Source of the DNA: Lingula anatina | Lineage: Eukaryota; Animalia; Brachiopoda | Reading direction: 5' to 3' | DNA: 64,000 bases | Assembly: GCA_051362555.1 (NCBI GenBank) | Contig: CM120640.1 | Location: forward strand, 10,230,001 to 10,294,000 | Part shown: positions 1 through 13,300 of the stretch, one piece after another | Layout of the letters: every line of letters starts with the position of its first letter | Numbering within the stretch: position 1 is the stretch's first letter | The notes under the pieces: generated by a model | Databases searched by the model: none | Told to the model about the DNA's origin: nothing | What the model saw: only the letters and a program-made list of their open reading frames with translations | Position numbers and translations under genes: made by a program

Positions 1-720
1 TTATGAAAAATTGGTCAAATTTTCTCATTTTATTCCAAATCTTTCCATATAGAATCAAAACTGTGGTGTCCACAAAATAGTTATTGCATGAATTATACAA
101 AGTAGGTATATTTTCATTTAGTTATGGCATTTGGTTAAATTTGGGGGATGGTAAAGCAGTCAATTTTCAAATATTCAACATGGCCACCATGAAATGCCTA
201 TTTCCATGAGGTAGCCTTTTGTGCACTTAAATAATCAAAAAAATTATTTTTATTACCAAGCTCAAAACATATTTTTGCTAGATGCTAGATTTTACATGAT
301 GCTTCATACAACTTCTTCAAAATGGCCACCATTTTCAAGATGGCCACCGTTTTCAAGATGGCTACCATCATTTGTGAAAAGTGTTTGAATTTGCTCATTT
401 TATTCCAAATCTTTACATATAAAATCAAAACCATAATGTCCATATGACTATTATGGAATGAATTATACAAAGCAGTTATTAATTTATTACATTATGGCAT
501 TTGGTTTAACTTCAGTGATATTTTAGCAGACATTTCTTAAATATTCAAAATGACTCACTGCCATGAAATGCAAATTTGTGTAACTTGGGATTTGATTCAG
601 CTAAATCATCAAATAAATAATTTTTGTGTCCAAGCTCTCATACATATTTGTGCTAGATGCTACTTGATGCTTAATACATCTTCAAGATGGCCACCATTTT
701 CAAGATGGCCGCCAAATGGA
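1..720. repeat. Two tandem ~370-bp subterminal units, each ending in 18-bp-spaced TTCAAGATGGCC(A/G)CC motifs
   Basis: 1-~370 resembles ~371-720. Motif clusters at ~316-370 and ~681-715; inverted copies at ~4583-4615, ~4932-4965 and ~5095-5107. Confidence 0.85.
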
Positions 721-1560
721 GTTTTTTTCTCAAAATTGTATTACGCACATCTAAAGGATAAAATTATTCGCAAAGCATTACTACATATATGGTTGTAAAA
801 GAAAAATAATTGTAGGATATGTGCTATTACTGCAACTTTTCACTTGTAATAAATAATTTTTGGATTTTCCAATATTTATATGTACTAACACATGTTAAGT
901 CAAGTCAAAGTTAATACTGTATTTCTTGTTGTGAACCTTTGTGTGCGATTGTCACAGTAAAAAGAAATCCCATAGTTTGGAAATATGTAGACAATTTAAA
1001 AAAATAATTTATTTGTTTTGATCTATAAAATTTAATGTATTTACCATTACCAAAATGTCTGTCATATTAAAACAGGAACCTATCTTTATTTGAAGTGCAT
1101 CAGTCCATATAACCCACTGCAAATCCATGATGCATTTCTGCGGTCTACATTTATCAAGTTGACTTCTCAGTAAAGAAAGGAGCACATAAATACACTATTT
1201 TGCCGCTTCAATTATCTTCAAAATTTTACCTCAGTACATTTCTAAGTACCCATACTCTCATATATCCCTTAAAATGCTTGTGCCTGCATGCATTATCTAC
1301 TCACACACACCCACGAACCCATATACATGCTAAACCCTTAACGTGTTCTTTGTATCTACATTAGTGACCTGTCACTCATGCTCTTTCATCAAAATCATAA
1401 TCAATTTCAATACATGTCCCCAGAGAATATGGATTCTGACATATCTAGTAGGTACACTGGGTCCTTTAAGCATAGTTTGTCGGAAACAATTTGGGCAACA
1501 TTGCCCTTACTGACACAAGCTGCATCTCCCGGTAACCAGTGCACCCTGTTCTAACAAAGT

Positions 1561-3575
1561 TTAAAAGAAGAGCTTGAAGGAGGCAGTCCCAAAACTGAAA
1601 TGTAGGAAATTCCCCTCATCCCCAGGCCTGGAAATCTGAGAAATTTGGCAGCAGATCCTCAGACATACTCTCAGATACATGTTGGTCACCCATAAAACCC
1701 ACAGCACAAGACTTGTAAAACTCCTACACATTTGACACCTCAAACCACACCAACTGTGAAACTTCGCTATTCTTTCTTTGGTACCAAAATAAAAAGCTGA
1801 CAATCTGAGAGATATCAAAGCTTTAAATGCCAAAGTAAGCCCTCTTATTGCCATGTTGAATTGTTTTCCACACAACCCTCTGCGCTGAAGTGGATGCTGC
1901 ATAAACATCAGACTCTACAATGGCCACCAATGGCCAACAAATCTGCAACGGCCCAAATTTTCCCAATAGAAGCAATGAAGCATGACAGTGTATGGGAACC
2001 ACCCATACAAATGACATGGCAACCAAACTCTTCAGGAAAAGACCAGTTTATTTGTTGGGCTATGGCATATAGCTGTTGGTCGTCCGTTTGTACAGCAAAT
2101 TGCTGTGCAAGTGAAGCACTCGTACCCCAATACATTCAACATTGTGGTGTAAAATGTGTACATGTCATTAGGTTTAACATCAAGAAGTGGCATATATGCA
2201 ACTGCAGTATAGGTCGTTTTCTTCACAGACAGCTGATTGAATCCTGTCCAGAAAGAAATGACCTGCAGGTGCCAAAGCTAAACTTTATTGTTTACAGGTA
2301 GGAGATTTTGATGGGACATTCTCAAAAGACTCCATGCAATAACATTAACTTGCATTACATTCTCTTTGTAATAATTGAGCTGTTCTAAAACCTCTCTTCT
2401 TGGTGGCTCAGCAAGTGTCTTAGGTTTCTAAAATGGTGTGCATTCTATTGGTGAATTGGATTTATCAGAGAGAGCAAGTGACTTGGACATCCCAACTTCT
2501 AATGGGATTCTTTTACGTACTCACAGGGAGGTGTAGAACTTGCTTTTGAAAAACTACTGGCTCACCATAGCATGGGAGGTGTTTTCCCATCCGTAGTTTC
2601 TGCACTAATGTCAATGTTGTCGTCACCCTCATGGATAATATGACCACCATCACAGTGTGACACAATGTCATGTGGAATGTAGACACCATCTTGCTGCCTT
2701 TTTACTTCTAACTCAGCAATGTATGTCATTAATCCTTCTAATATCACCATAGGAGATGCAAAAACCGTGGCTGTGAAAGGTATCTATCAAACTACAAGAC
2801 CCAAAATCAATGTGCAGTTGTGCTGCAAGTCCTACTTGTAGAGGTGGAAGAACTTTGCAACAGCTGAACATATGCATTCAGCAATAGCCAGGCATCTTCT
2901 GTGTACACCATCAGATGATGGAAACTCACTGCTCTCTGCATTAAATGCATCTAAGTTGGTTAATCCAAAAAACAAACTTTAAAGCAAATCTGGGACAAAT
3001 AGGCTTAATTTCTGAGACTAATGTCACTTGGTAAGGGGTAGTATTCTGAAAGACCTTTTTTTCTGTGTTTTCAAGATAGAAACTGCTTTGTATACATTGA
3101 TTAATTGGAAGACACGTGATCAGCATCTTCTGTCACTGTATCTTATGGATCTAGTGAGATTGTTGAGCTCAGGTCTTGTATGATTCTTTGGGCAGCTTTG
3201 ATAGCGTCACCTAAAGAAATCTTACTACAACACATAACAGCTAGTGGACTTCCCTTGTCCGTATTATACAAGAAAATGAAACAGCATCACCATAATGCTT
3301 TGTAGTCTCATTTTGAGCTTTTCACCTCGATAGTTGGACGCCACACTAGAAAGGAGCAGAAATCTCTACCTTTCAAGAAGGCTAGATACTAGTAGTGTAA
3401 AAGCTTTATTGTTTGCCATCAGGTCATAATCTATTTCTGCTATCAGTTGATAGACTGCAACATCATATAGATTACCAGATTTCAATGAGGGGTGATAAGT
3501 CAGATTGGTTTTACTAGTACTTATATACCCTGTAAGAGGAAAGACAGGATGCATGATATACAGCATCCCTTGCAA
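1561..3575 (-). pseudogene. Transposase pseudogene fragments of the Academ-like element
   Basis: Consecutive short minus-strand ORFs (3366-3575, 2562-2750, 2032-2226, 1908-2135, 1823-2026, 1561-1908) switch frame but read as one protein family; many stops and frameshifts. Confidence 0.7.
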
Positions 3576-5586
3576 TCAAATCATCTTTATCTAAGAACCT
3601 AATAAAGTTGTCACCTCATGTTACCTGCCATAGCATTTTGGTGAATCCAAATTGTTATTAACATTCTAAATGTATGGAAAACAATCCAAGAAGCTGTGTC
3701 AGCATTTGATATACTGAAAAGAATAGATCAAATGTACGTGGATGATTTGGCATTATAATGATAATGATAAACAATATGCATAGGAGGGTTCCTGTATCCC
3801 TTTTTCAGTGTATCCATTACTAATTATGCCTAATTATTGTTTTAGTAATCAAAGCTAGTATTTGTGTTCTATTTTTTTTTTAATTTGACATTAAAAAATT
3901 AACACATAACCCCGACAATTTCATATCTTGCTGACAAAAGCTTTTTTTATGGATTCTGACCTGCATAAGGGGATTATGGAAAAAAAACACAACTACAAGT
4001 GAAAACATTATAGATATGATAGAGGTGTCATTGTCATTTTTTTGCTTTATTTGGTACCTTATATTTATTTCCTCTTAAATATTACCATAATTAAATCTCT
4101 TTATTAAATAGAAAGTATCAAAATATTTAAAATAGTAATTTTAACATTGATAATCCACAAAGGTGCAATACAAAAAAAAAAGAATGATAATTTAACATGG
4201 GGGGCCATATTGGATTTGGTTGTCATTTTGAAGTTAACTGGTAGTTTTTTTTAATTTGGGAAACACACAGCATTCTTCAAAGCAATGTTAGAAGAGTGCT
4301 ATAATTTGTTGCATGCTGTTTACTTTCATGTGAGAATTTGACTGACAGGAAGTCACCAGCATAAAATGTGTAAATAATGTCATTTCGTTTAAATGACATT
4401 TAAATTTGCATTTATCATATTAAAAAAACAATTAAAATCTTATAAAACAATATCAATTCAAAGCCAAAAACTTATTTTAAATTTTGGAGGTTTTTTGTTT
4501 TTATATTGTATATGATTTTTTTTTTATTGTATAAATTTTGCCTTTGGAAAATGCTATTTTAGTGAATTTTAACAGGAAAATGGACGCCATCTTGAAAATG
4601 GTGGCCATTTTGAAAAGGTTGTATGAAGCATCATGTAGCATAAAGCATCTAGCACTAATATATGTGTGAGTTTGGCATTTAAAGATATTTTGTGATGATT
4701 GAGCTGAACTAAAGTCCACATCATGGAAATTTGCATTTCATGGCAGCCATTTTGAATATTTGAAAATTGACTGCTTAAACCTCTCCCAAATTTAACCAAT
4801 GCCACAATGTAATGTAATAATAATTACTTTATGTAATCCAGGCAATAAAGGTTATATGAACATTGTGGTTTTGATTTTATATGTAAAGTTTTGGAATAAA
4901 ATGAGAAAATTTGACCAATATTTCACAAACAATGGCGGCCATCTTGAAAACGGCGGCCATCTTGAAATCCTGCTATGGTGTTTTTTTTAGCCCATAACCT
5001 CCTTCATCACAAAACATGTAAAAGTTAGATGATAGACAATGTTTTAGGTATGTTAATCAATGATTTGTATTTTTAGAAAAAATGCAAAAAAACAGGCGGC
5101 CATCTTGGAAATTGTCCGTTTCCATGGTTACGCAGGCAATTGCCATTTCCACATCATGGCTAACTTTGACCAGCAGACTCTGAGCTTTCAAATGATATAT
5201 AATTCAGGTCTGTGTATAAAGGGGACACTAAATCTGAAAATTTTGGCCTTCTGCCGCTCACCTACTAGTAAGCATGTCATAGATGATATAGGTGTTTAAA
5301 AGCCTAAAACACATGCAAAATAAAGATGGCATAAGGTTCAACAGGTAGGTGATTTGTTTTACTCTCTAAATTGATTCACCAGAATTTATTCAAAAATTCA
5401 ATCCAATTCATGTTGAAATGAAAGAGGAGTAAGTAATTCATAATTTTAATCCTAGTGTTTCTAATTTTCTTCTTATTATTACATAATTATTATTTAATTG
5501 TTTTTATTTATTATCAATACTTATTTATTTTTTATTTTTTGCTAAATGAAAATAAGGATATTTCTTTGGACACTTTATCAACTTAC

Positions 5587-8500
5587 TGAGAGTTTCACAC
5601 CATCCACATTTGCATCCATGAATGGGTTTACACAGTCTTCAAATCCAGCCTGAAATTTAAAAAATAATGTATGTGGCAATGACCTCTTTATCCTTGAAAA
5701 CATATAATTACTTGAAAAGTCATTGTTCCTACTCACAATTTAGCACAGACGCATGTTTGTATGAATACTAGGCAGATGCATTGCAAGAACTCATATGCTA
5801 TGGCTACTGCTACTACTGATATAAATAATTCAAGAGACATGATGACATACATGAAAATGTGCTGAAAATAAACTTGCACCATGTTTGTGGTCCACTATAA
5901 GTATACCCTGTGGTCTCCCTGAAATATTTGCTATGTAAATTAAAGCAATAATAACTCTTCCTTTGAGATTCAAAATTCCGCATGAAATACATTGTAAACA
6001 ACGCATGGAAATATATTCTATTGTATTTTACCACTAAAACGGCCGTTATTGTAGTAAAACTAAAATCTGTGCTTGTCAATAGGGCTTTCGATGCTTTCAT
6101 CAAGGCATTCGTTGCTAATGACGTAATGGTGTCACGCGGATTCTCGCGTTCATTCGAGACCAAAATAACATATGGCGCCAAACGCATTAATGCGGACGCA
6201 GACGTAAGTTGCGAGTTTTTGTACAGTGCGTCGGATAACGAAAAGCCCAGAATGGCACACATTGTGGATATTAATGTATTTTCAACAAAAAGACGAATAT
6301 ATCTCATGAATCTTATATAGTGTTGTTGTTGTCTGCTTTTCCCGCGGTTTTAAGTAGGTCAACAGTGACTATGCGACGTCAGAGAGAGAGCTCCGTCAGT
6401 TAAAATCTCTTAAGAGATTTTAACAAAAAACCGTACGTTTAGGAAAAAAACCCTGGATTAACTTTGAATGCAGGAATGGGGTCGCTGACCATTGGTAAGT
6501 ACGGGAAAATTGCCGTTTACTCCAGGAAAATCTAATTTTTGGCCAAAATGAAGAGTTATTATGACTTTAATCATACACAGACTGCAGCTCTGACCTTAGC
6601 CTCAGTGCACTGGGTTCATTATTGTTGGGATACTGACATAAACATATAATTTTAGTGACTAATATTGCATTAAAATTCCAATTTCATCTATAGCTTTTAC
6701 AAACTATTCAGTTAGAGAAAATATAATTAAAATTTTCAGTTGATAAAATTATGGGTATTTTTGCAGTATCCTAGTTCCTAGTAAAAGCCTTTCATTTTCA
6801 CAATTCAATGTGGTGACTTTCATCATTGTTTTTGATAGTATATTAATTTATTTCCGTATAAAGGCATTTGCCCAGATTACAAATGTAAATGGTTCATATA
6901 ACGTAACTATTGCGCATGCGGAGAGCTCATGTACGTGCACTATCCGTTGCAAAAAAAGATTCTCTTTTTCTAAAGGCATAATAAACATAATTAATCAGGT
7001 TAATCATCAAATCTCTGTCATTGGAAGACATAAGCTGTCTAAACCTTTGGATATTTGGTTGACAGGTGTACCTGTTTGGTATATATTTTGTTCTTAAGTC
7101 CCTGTACATCTCACATGTTAACAAAAAGTGATATTCGTTTTCTATTTCATCCTTACATAGTGTGCATACCCTCTCGTTCGAGGGTATGTTGTCATGTCTA
7201 CCTTTTTCAATCATAAGATTATGGTTTCCACACCTGAGCCTGGCGAAAGCAGCTAAGTGCGCTTTCGGGAGATTCAACAATAAATAATTTTCTTTTTGAA
7301 ATACAGATTTATCTCAGAGACTATCCCATCTTCCCCTGGTGCTTTTCCATTCGCCATGCTATTCAGGGCGGAGAGCACCTCATCACATGAAAATAGAGCA
7401 TTCAAAACAGCCGGATTATCATCATCGCATAGATTACAATTTTGTTCATGACTTTTTACTTGAGAGTCTACCTCTCTTCTAAATCCTTCATTGATCGTAA
7501 TATCCTGATTTAGTAACTCTCTAAAATGCTTAACCCATGAATCAGAATCAATGTTACTCTTATTTCTAAAATTTGCATTAACATTTACCCTCCAATATTT
7601 CCAAAATGCTTGGGGGTTATTATTAAAACTTAGCAGTTTGGTATGTTGACATTCTCTGTGCCTTTCCTTACTCAATTTGCATTCTTTCCGAAAGTTCGAT
7701 TTTGCCTGCTTATAGTTTTGCAAATGTTGCTCTGAGTTATAAAACCTAAAATTATTCAACGCTTTATATTTTAACTCTTTTAATACCTCCAAGTCCTTTG
7801 ACCACCATGGCGGCTGTTGTCGTAACTCCACCTTGATGCCAGGCGACTTTATCATAGAACTAGCCGACTTAATGTACATACCTGTAATGGTTTCTATAAC
7901 TGCAGTAACATTATTGTTCTGTAAATCGTTCTCTATGTCAGACCAATTTTGAGCAAATTCATCATCAAACTTTTCGACAAAATCATCTGTTTTCTTATTA
8001 TCCCAGTATACTCGTTCATACGGTTCAACCTCCCGAGTCTTTTTTTGTTTTGGAAGTTTGCAATAGACATTTGATTGCGCAATGAACTGGCAAGTGATCA
8101 GAATCCCCGAATACTATCGTCGAGAACTCAGCTATATTTGCAAACATGTCGCTAGATACCAAAATGTAGTCTACCAAACTACTACCACTATGGGTTATGC
8201 ATGTGAAATTGCCATCAATATCACCCAAACACCTCCCGTTTAACATGTGAATATTAAGCATACAACACATTTCTATCAGTGACTGTCCAAATGTAATAAA
8301 GTGTTCTTTGGATGGGAAAAAGATCTGATTATTTGCTTCACCTATATCCCTCCTGAAGGGTCCAGTTTTTACGATGGACGAAAAGAACAAAATGGCATTA
8401 TACTTTTAAATGAATTTATAACAAAGGCGATGAGTTTAAACACATGTTGTAATTTTTGTATTGCTGGTGACATGAATGCGAGAACGAGTAATATAGATGA

Positions 8501-9231
8501 TTATATTCTTGATGATAATTTAGATTACATATCAAATGATGTCGGTGACTGCTATGCTGTGGATACTTTTGATTTGGAGAGGAAAAGTAAAGATAAAATC
8601 TTAAACAAATTTGGACAGTCAACAAATTTGGACATTGTTTTTGCTATTCAAATAAATCAATTTTAAAATATACAATCAAACCTCTTCAAGCTCTTTCGCC
8701 AATGAGAATACAACCAACCCCTGCGATGGTCACAGCTATAATAATAATATGGGCTTAAGTTTCAACAAATTAGTTAGCGAATTGACAACCTTATTTATAT
8801 GAAGAGCAGAGATTTTGGTTAAAGTCACCATATTGTTTAGAAAAACCTCGGAAATCAAAGAATTATAGCCATTTTTTTATATGGGGTTGGTTGGGAGGGG
8901 GTGCTAAAGTGCCTAGAGACCTGCTCCATTCCTAACGTGTACATGTTACTAGTACATAACTTTTTTCATTGTCTTTTCGGCACGTGTTTTATATGCGCTT
9001 TCTTTTCCTCAAATGTTAGATGTATAAGACGCCTTAGCTACTTAGTCATCGAGCATCAAATTTGTTTCACTTCACACTCAGTCACAGACTGGAATACCGA
9101 ACTGATATCAAAGTAAATAAAAGCAGGTATGTGAATAAAAAATAAACCCTCACCTCTTTGAGCCAATCTGCAACATTAATGACACTCCACATTTGAAGTT
9201 CATCAAACGAAGGCAATTCCTTCTTTGACAT
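5587..9231 (-). CDS. 5' exons of a SAM-domain protein gene (exons 9154-9231 and 5587-5649); the rest of the gene was not found and probably lies left of the window
   Basis: Exon 1 encodes MSKKELPSFDELQMWSVINVADWLKE and ends at a GTGAGG donor. Exon 2 (TTTCAG acceptor, GTAAGT donor) encodes AGFEDCVNPFMDANVDGVKLS. The phase-0 join gives the SAM pattern W-S-x-x-x-V-x-x-W-L...F...VDG..L. An N-terminal SAM is reminiscent of SLP-76/BLNK-like adaptors (inference). Confidence 0.75.
5944..6566. mobile_element. Non-autonomous Kolobok-like DNA transposon (MITE)
   Basis: TTAA flanks at 5940-5943 and 6567-6570; imperfect TIR AGCAATAATAACTCTTC / GAAGAGTTATTATGACT. A related, internally deleted copy lies at ~32687-33024. 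Confidence 0.7.
6835..8632 (-). mobile_element. 5'-truncated non-LTR retrotransposon (RTE-X/L2/CR1-type ORF2) with a 5' inversion and a deleted RT domain
   Basis: APE endonuclease motifs: TYIPP and IAGDMNART on the + strand at 8301-8620; GSSLVDYILVS and SDHLPV on the - strand at 8025-8290. KAPGEDG is joined directly to the C-terminal RLRCGNHNLMIEKGR...CTLC...EYHFLLTC zinc motif. TSD CATTGTTTTTG at 6824-6834 and 8633-8643. Confidence 0.88.
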
Positions 9232-10384
9232 TTTGATTGAGAAAGTTTGAAGAGACTACATGTAAAAATTCACTTCCCAGTTCGAAATGGTACTCCACCA
9301 CTGAAGATCGTCGAATCAAGACACGAGCAACACCAATATCGTCAATCTTAATTTTTCTCCAAAATATCAAACACTCCTTCGCATATCAGTTTTCAACTGC
9401 TTTAGTAGATGAAAAAATGCTTTCACTTTAGTATTAATTCATTGGTTGTTTTGTTGTTTTCTACGCAATTTTTCTATGGAAAGAAAACATTCGCCAGTTG
9501 AGAAAAAAAATTCATCCAGGTACAGTCCATGGAATGAAAATCCCCAAAAAATGCCTATTTTGGCCATTCACAGCTTCTTATAATACTTAAAATACACATT
9601 TAAAAGGTTTTAACCCCTTTAAAATTTTCCCTGGAGCCTACATGATGTTGGTATTTCCATTGGAGCTTGTAGGAAAATGGTCATTGTTATAATGACTGGC
9701 CAGTCATTTTAAGCTAAAATCAACCTTTGTAAATTTTATCAAGGGTTGAATCAAGTGCACAGAGAGATAGATAAATGATTGGTGAGTACGAGAAAATTGC
9801 TTATTTTCCCAGGAAAATCCATTTTGGTGTATAAGTTTCATGGAATGTACATGTACCTTTAAATTCTATTAACCAGAGGTATTGATAGGATCATCACCTA
9901 CACACAATTTTGTTATATAGTCTCTAAAAGCAGCATTGTATATCTTCAAATCATATTTCAAGAATAACTGAAAGAATGGACCTATGTCTATTAAATTCAA
10001 AAAGTGAAAATAAAGCATCACCAATTTTTATTATAATTAAAGACATTAAGGAGCAACAATGAATGGATTTTATTCACAATATTATCCAGAAGAAAAAAGT
10101 ACCAGGACACCTTCAATAAGAAGTTGTTGAAGTCAGGGTCTCCACTATAGCATTGTACTGGTAGTGTATCCCATGCCAGTTGTGTTATACAGTCAATTTT
10201 TGTGTATGCAAATTCACTCTGGCTGAACAGATATAGAGCGCTTATAATAAAGAGACTAAAAAGCATTTTATTAGTCTTAGTGAAATCTGTTATATAACAC
10301 ATTCAAAACTGGTAATTTTCTATTTATCAATTTTATTTATTTATTTTTCTTTTTATCTTGTTTGTGTATTCAGTGTATGCCAAT

Positions 10385-13300
10385 TCAGTGATCATCCTGC
10401 AGCTTTTTCTTGAGCTCTGCAATGCCTTTTTCCAGCTGAGAAGCCTGTTCATTCCACTGTCTGTTCCTACTAGTCACCTCTTTCAGCTGTCTCTTTAGTC
10501 GGGTCATCTGAGCTGCATTCCGCTTCTAGAACAAAAAAAAACTAATAATGTAATAAATAAGATCATTTAAGGTTAATAGAATTACTCAAAATTAAAAAAT
10601 GATCACCACAAACAATTTCAAAAGCACTTTGCGTTATTTAATTTTCTTTTAAATACTGAGTCTTTTAGAGGAAATAATAACAAGAGTCAAGAAGAGAAAA
10701 TTTTAACTGTTCTGATGGTACTTGTAAACAGTCAAGTATGACTGGAAAGGTTGCTACCATGGAAAATCATGAAAGTAAAATTTTGTGTTACTTCTTTAAC
10801 TACTTGCCTTCTGAATTTACCTTTTTGATTTGGTGGGCATTCATTGATGTGTCTTTGAAACATGAGCTTAAGCTGCTATGGAAAGGAAAATATCTGAAAC
10901 TTACATGTAACACTTGTGTCTCCTGTTTAGTTTTCTCTTGCTGGAGATTAAGCGCTTTCACCTGTTGGAAAATTAAATTATCAGACTATATTTGGAAAAC
11001 AAATAACAAATAAATAAATAAATAAATACAATGAAACAATGCTTCTTCCTGTTGTCTGCAGTCAAGTTTCAGAACCCCTTCTAAAAACTCATTTTAAAAA
11101 ACACTTTATAATATTTCTAACTGGAAACAAGATGCATAGATGTTTCTGAGAGGATTTTTGACAGACTTAAAACCAGGGTGACATTAATAACAAAACTTCC
11201 CTATATAGATACATACTTTACTAAGTTTTATAATAACACAGAAATTAACCTTGCATCTATCACAATTCAAGACCTTGTAGCTACATTTTAATGGTGAGCT
11301 TTTGAGATATTGAGTGCCTACAAGTGCATTATAATTTAAAACAATACATTCAGACATTTTTTAAAACAAAGGATATTCACCTGTTTTTCTTTGTCAAGCA
11401 GCTGCCCCCTTAATTGTCTCTTTTCATCATCTAACTTCTGAAGCTCCTGTTTGAGATCACTCTCACATTTACCTTCTAGTAAGTGTCTGGCCTTGTCTGG
11501 ATTTTTCTCCAAGGTAAGCTCTGAGAATAAACCACCAGTTAAAATGATGGTTATACCCATGGTTTTTCTAATCTATTATCTTCATTAGGACACAACAATA
11601 TAGCCATATCAATATATTAAGTAATGCACTGAGAAATGCCAATTCAAAACATAAATAAGTTAAACTGTCTATTTACACTATAGCAAAAAATACTACAAAA
11701 GTACTTGGCATTAAGACTATAAAAATTTCTTAATCACATACTTTGATTTTCTAATTCTTGTACATTTTTCTTTAATTCCTCCAATTCCTTTCTGTATCCA
11801 TATTTTGATTCCAACAGGTCAACTTTAGACTCAAATTGTTTCATCTTTCCCGTGTATTCTTTCAACAAACTAAAATGACACAATGAGACAATCATATAGA
11901 CAATCATGTCAAATAATACCATAATATACTATTTAAAATAAAAGAAAGGAAAACAAAGCTTTGTATGATTAAAAAAAAAAAAAAAAAATGGTTCTTTTCC
12001 TTCACCTGATATTAACTTGTGAGCACATTTTCTAAAAAGGATCCATCCTGTGTACAAGTATCTATGGTCAAGGGCTACATCACTAAATCTCACCTTGTTT
12101 CTTTACCCAGTTTTGTTTGAGCATCAATAATAGATGCTGTCAGGTCCTGCTTTTCTGCAATAGCAACTTCTATTTCTAAAACGTGAAAAATTGTGGAAAC
12201 TACAGATTTAAAGACATTTTTGTACATTTACTGTCACAAAAATTAAGGTCAGCTCATTAGGTTAGTTTATTATTCATGCACTTGTTTTAAATGTTGTTTT
12301 TTTATTTTCATCATATCATGTTAAATTAGTTGATTTATAAGGTGTAAGTATATGGGATATTGAACCTCCTTCAAGTTGCCTACAATTGCCAGCCTTCTGG
12401 ACAAAGTCATCTGCAGCAACACACTGCTTTCTTTTCAAACTGTTTAACTCCAGGGTCAATCCATGCACTTTCTCTCTTGCTGAATAAAAAAATTAAATAA
12501 TAATGTGAATTTCTTAAACCTTGGCACCAATGAAAAAAAACTGCTTGTGATCATTTAATATACTCAACAGAAAATCTATAAATTGAAGGTTGCATATCTG
12601 TACTTACTATTCACAATTCATAGTGTTAAACATTGACTCTAAGCACTTCTTAGATAAAACATTTATAAATTATAAGAAAAAAAACAAAGTGTCTTATAGA
12701 TAAAAACAGGTTAATACCAAATCAAGATATCTTGAAATGTTAAATCAAATTAAATGGAGCGGAAAAACAATAATTATAACAACATCAACAAGAAATGAAA
12801 CTGTACGTAAATTACCTTAATGTTAAGCACAACTCAAAACTTGAAGTGTTAAATCAAAATTATTAACATAATTATACAAAATAATAAAAATAAATAAATC
12901 AATGAGACCCCTTTAGAGTCTGTAATAACAAGAAACCTTTATTACCCTTTGCAAGCTTTTCCTAAAAAAAGAACAATTTAATTTTATTTGAAACCACCAA
13001 GTGACAACCAACACACTGATAACATTTGACTTTGATGAATTATTTTTAAAATTCAAATTCAGAATAAGGCATTATTGTCCAAATTAATTCTCCTAAAGGA
13101 AATAACTGACAAAAACACACCGTATTGTTTAATAGTCTATTCTGTTAATGTACCTACTCCAGGGATGATTGCAATATACCTGTAATTCGGCAAGTATATG
13201 TTGATGTTTCCTGATATCCTCCGAGTGAGCTCTCTGTACAGTGATCACCTCGCTCACCACCTGGTGGAGACTGCTGCTGCTGCCACCTGTTGGACTACTC

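Larger units (their letters stand above)
1..5267 (-). mobile_element. Decayed, internally deleted DNA transposon, most likely Academ superfamily; left end lies outside the window
   Basis: 1-~720 is the reverse complement of ~4570-4990. The right end reads TAGTAGGTGAGCGGCAG on the minus strand, ending at 5267. Frameshifted minus-strand transposase-like fragments occur at ~1560-3580: DDNIDISAETTDGK, QTDDQQLYAIAQQINW, MGGSHTLSCFIASIGK, VESDVYA, GKQFNMAIRGL. I recall these motifs from Academ-type ORFs; the superfamily call is from memory. Confidence 0.7.

Noticed and set aside
285-800. Short ORFs with WPPFSRWPP or MVAILK repeats (also at 4501-5299)
   Set aside because: Translations of the 18-bp non-coding motifs in the transposon ends.
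5350-5430. Possible third SAM exon (MNWIEFLNKF)
   Set aside because: No AG acceptor follows the pyrimidine tract, so it is not supportable.
5813-6320. Overlapping 164-aa and 112-aa ORFs
   Set aside because: They lie largely inside a TTAA-flanked MITE and show no protein motif.
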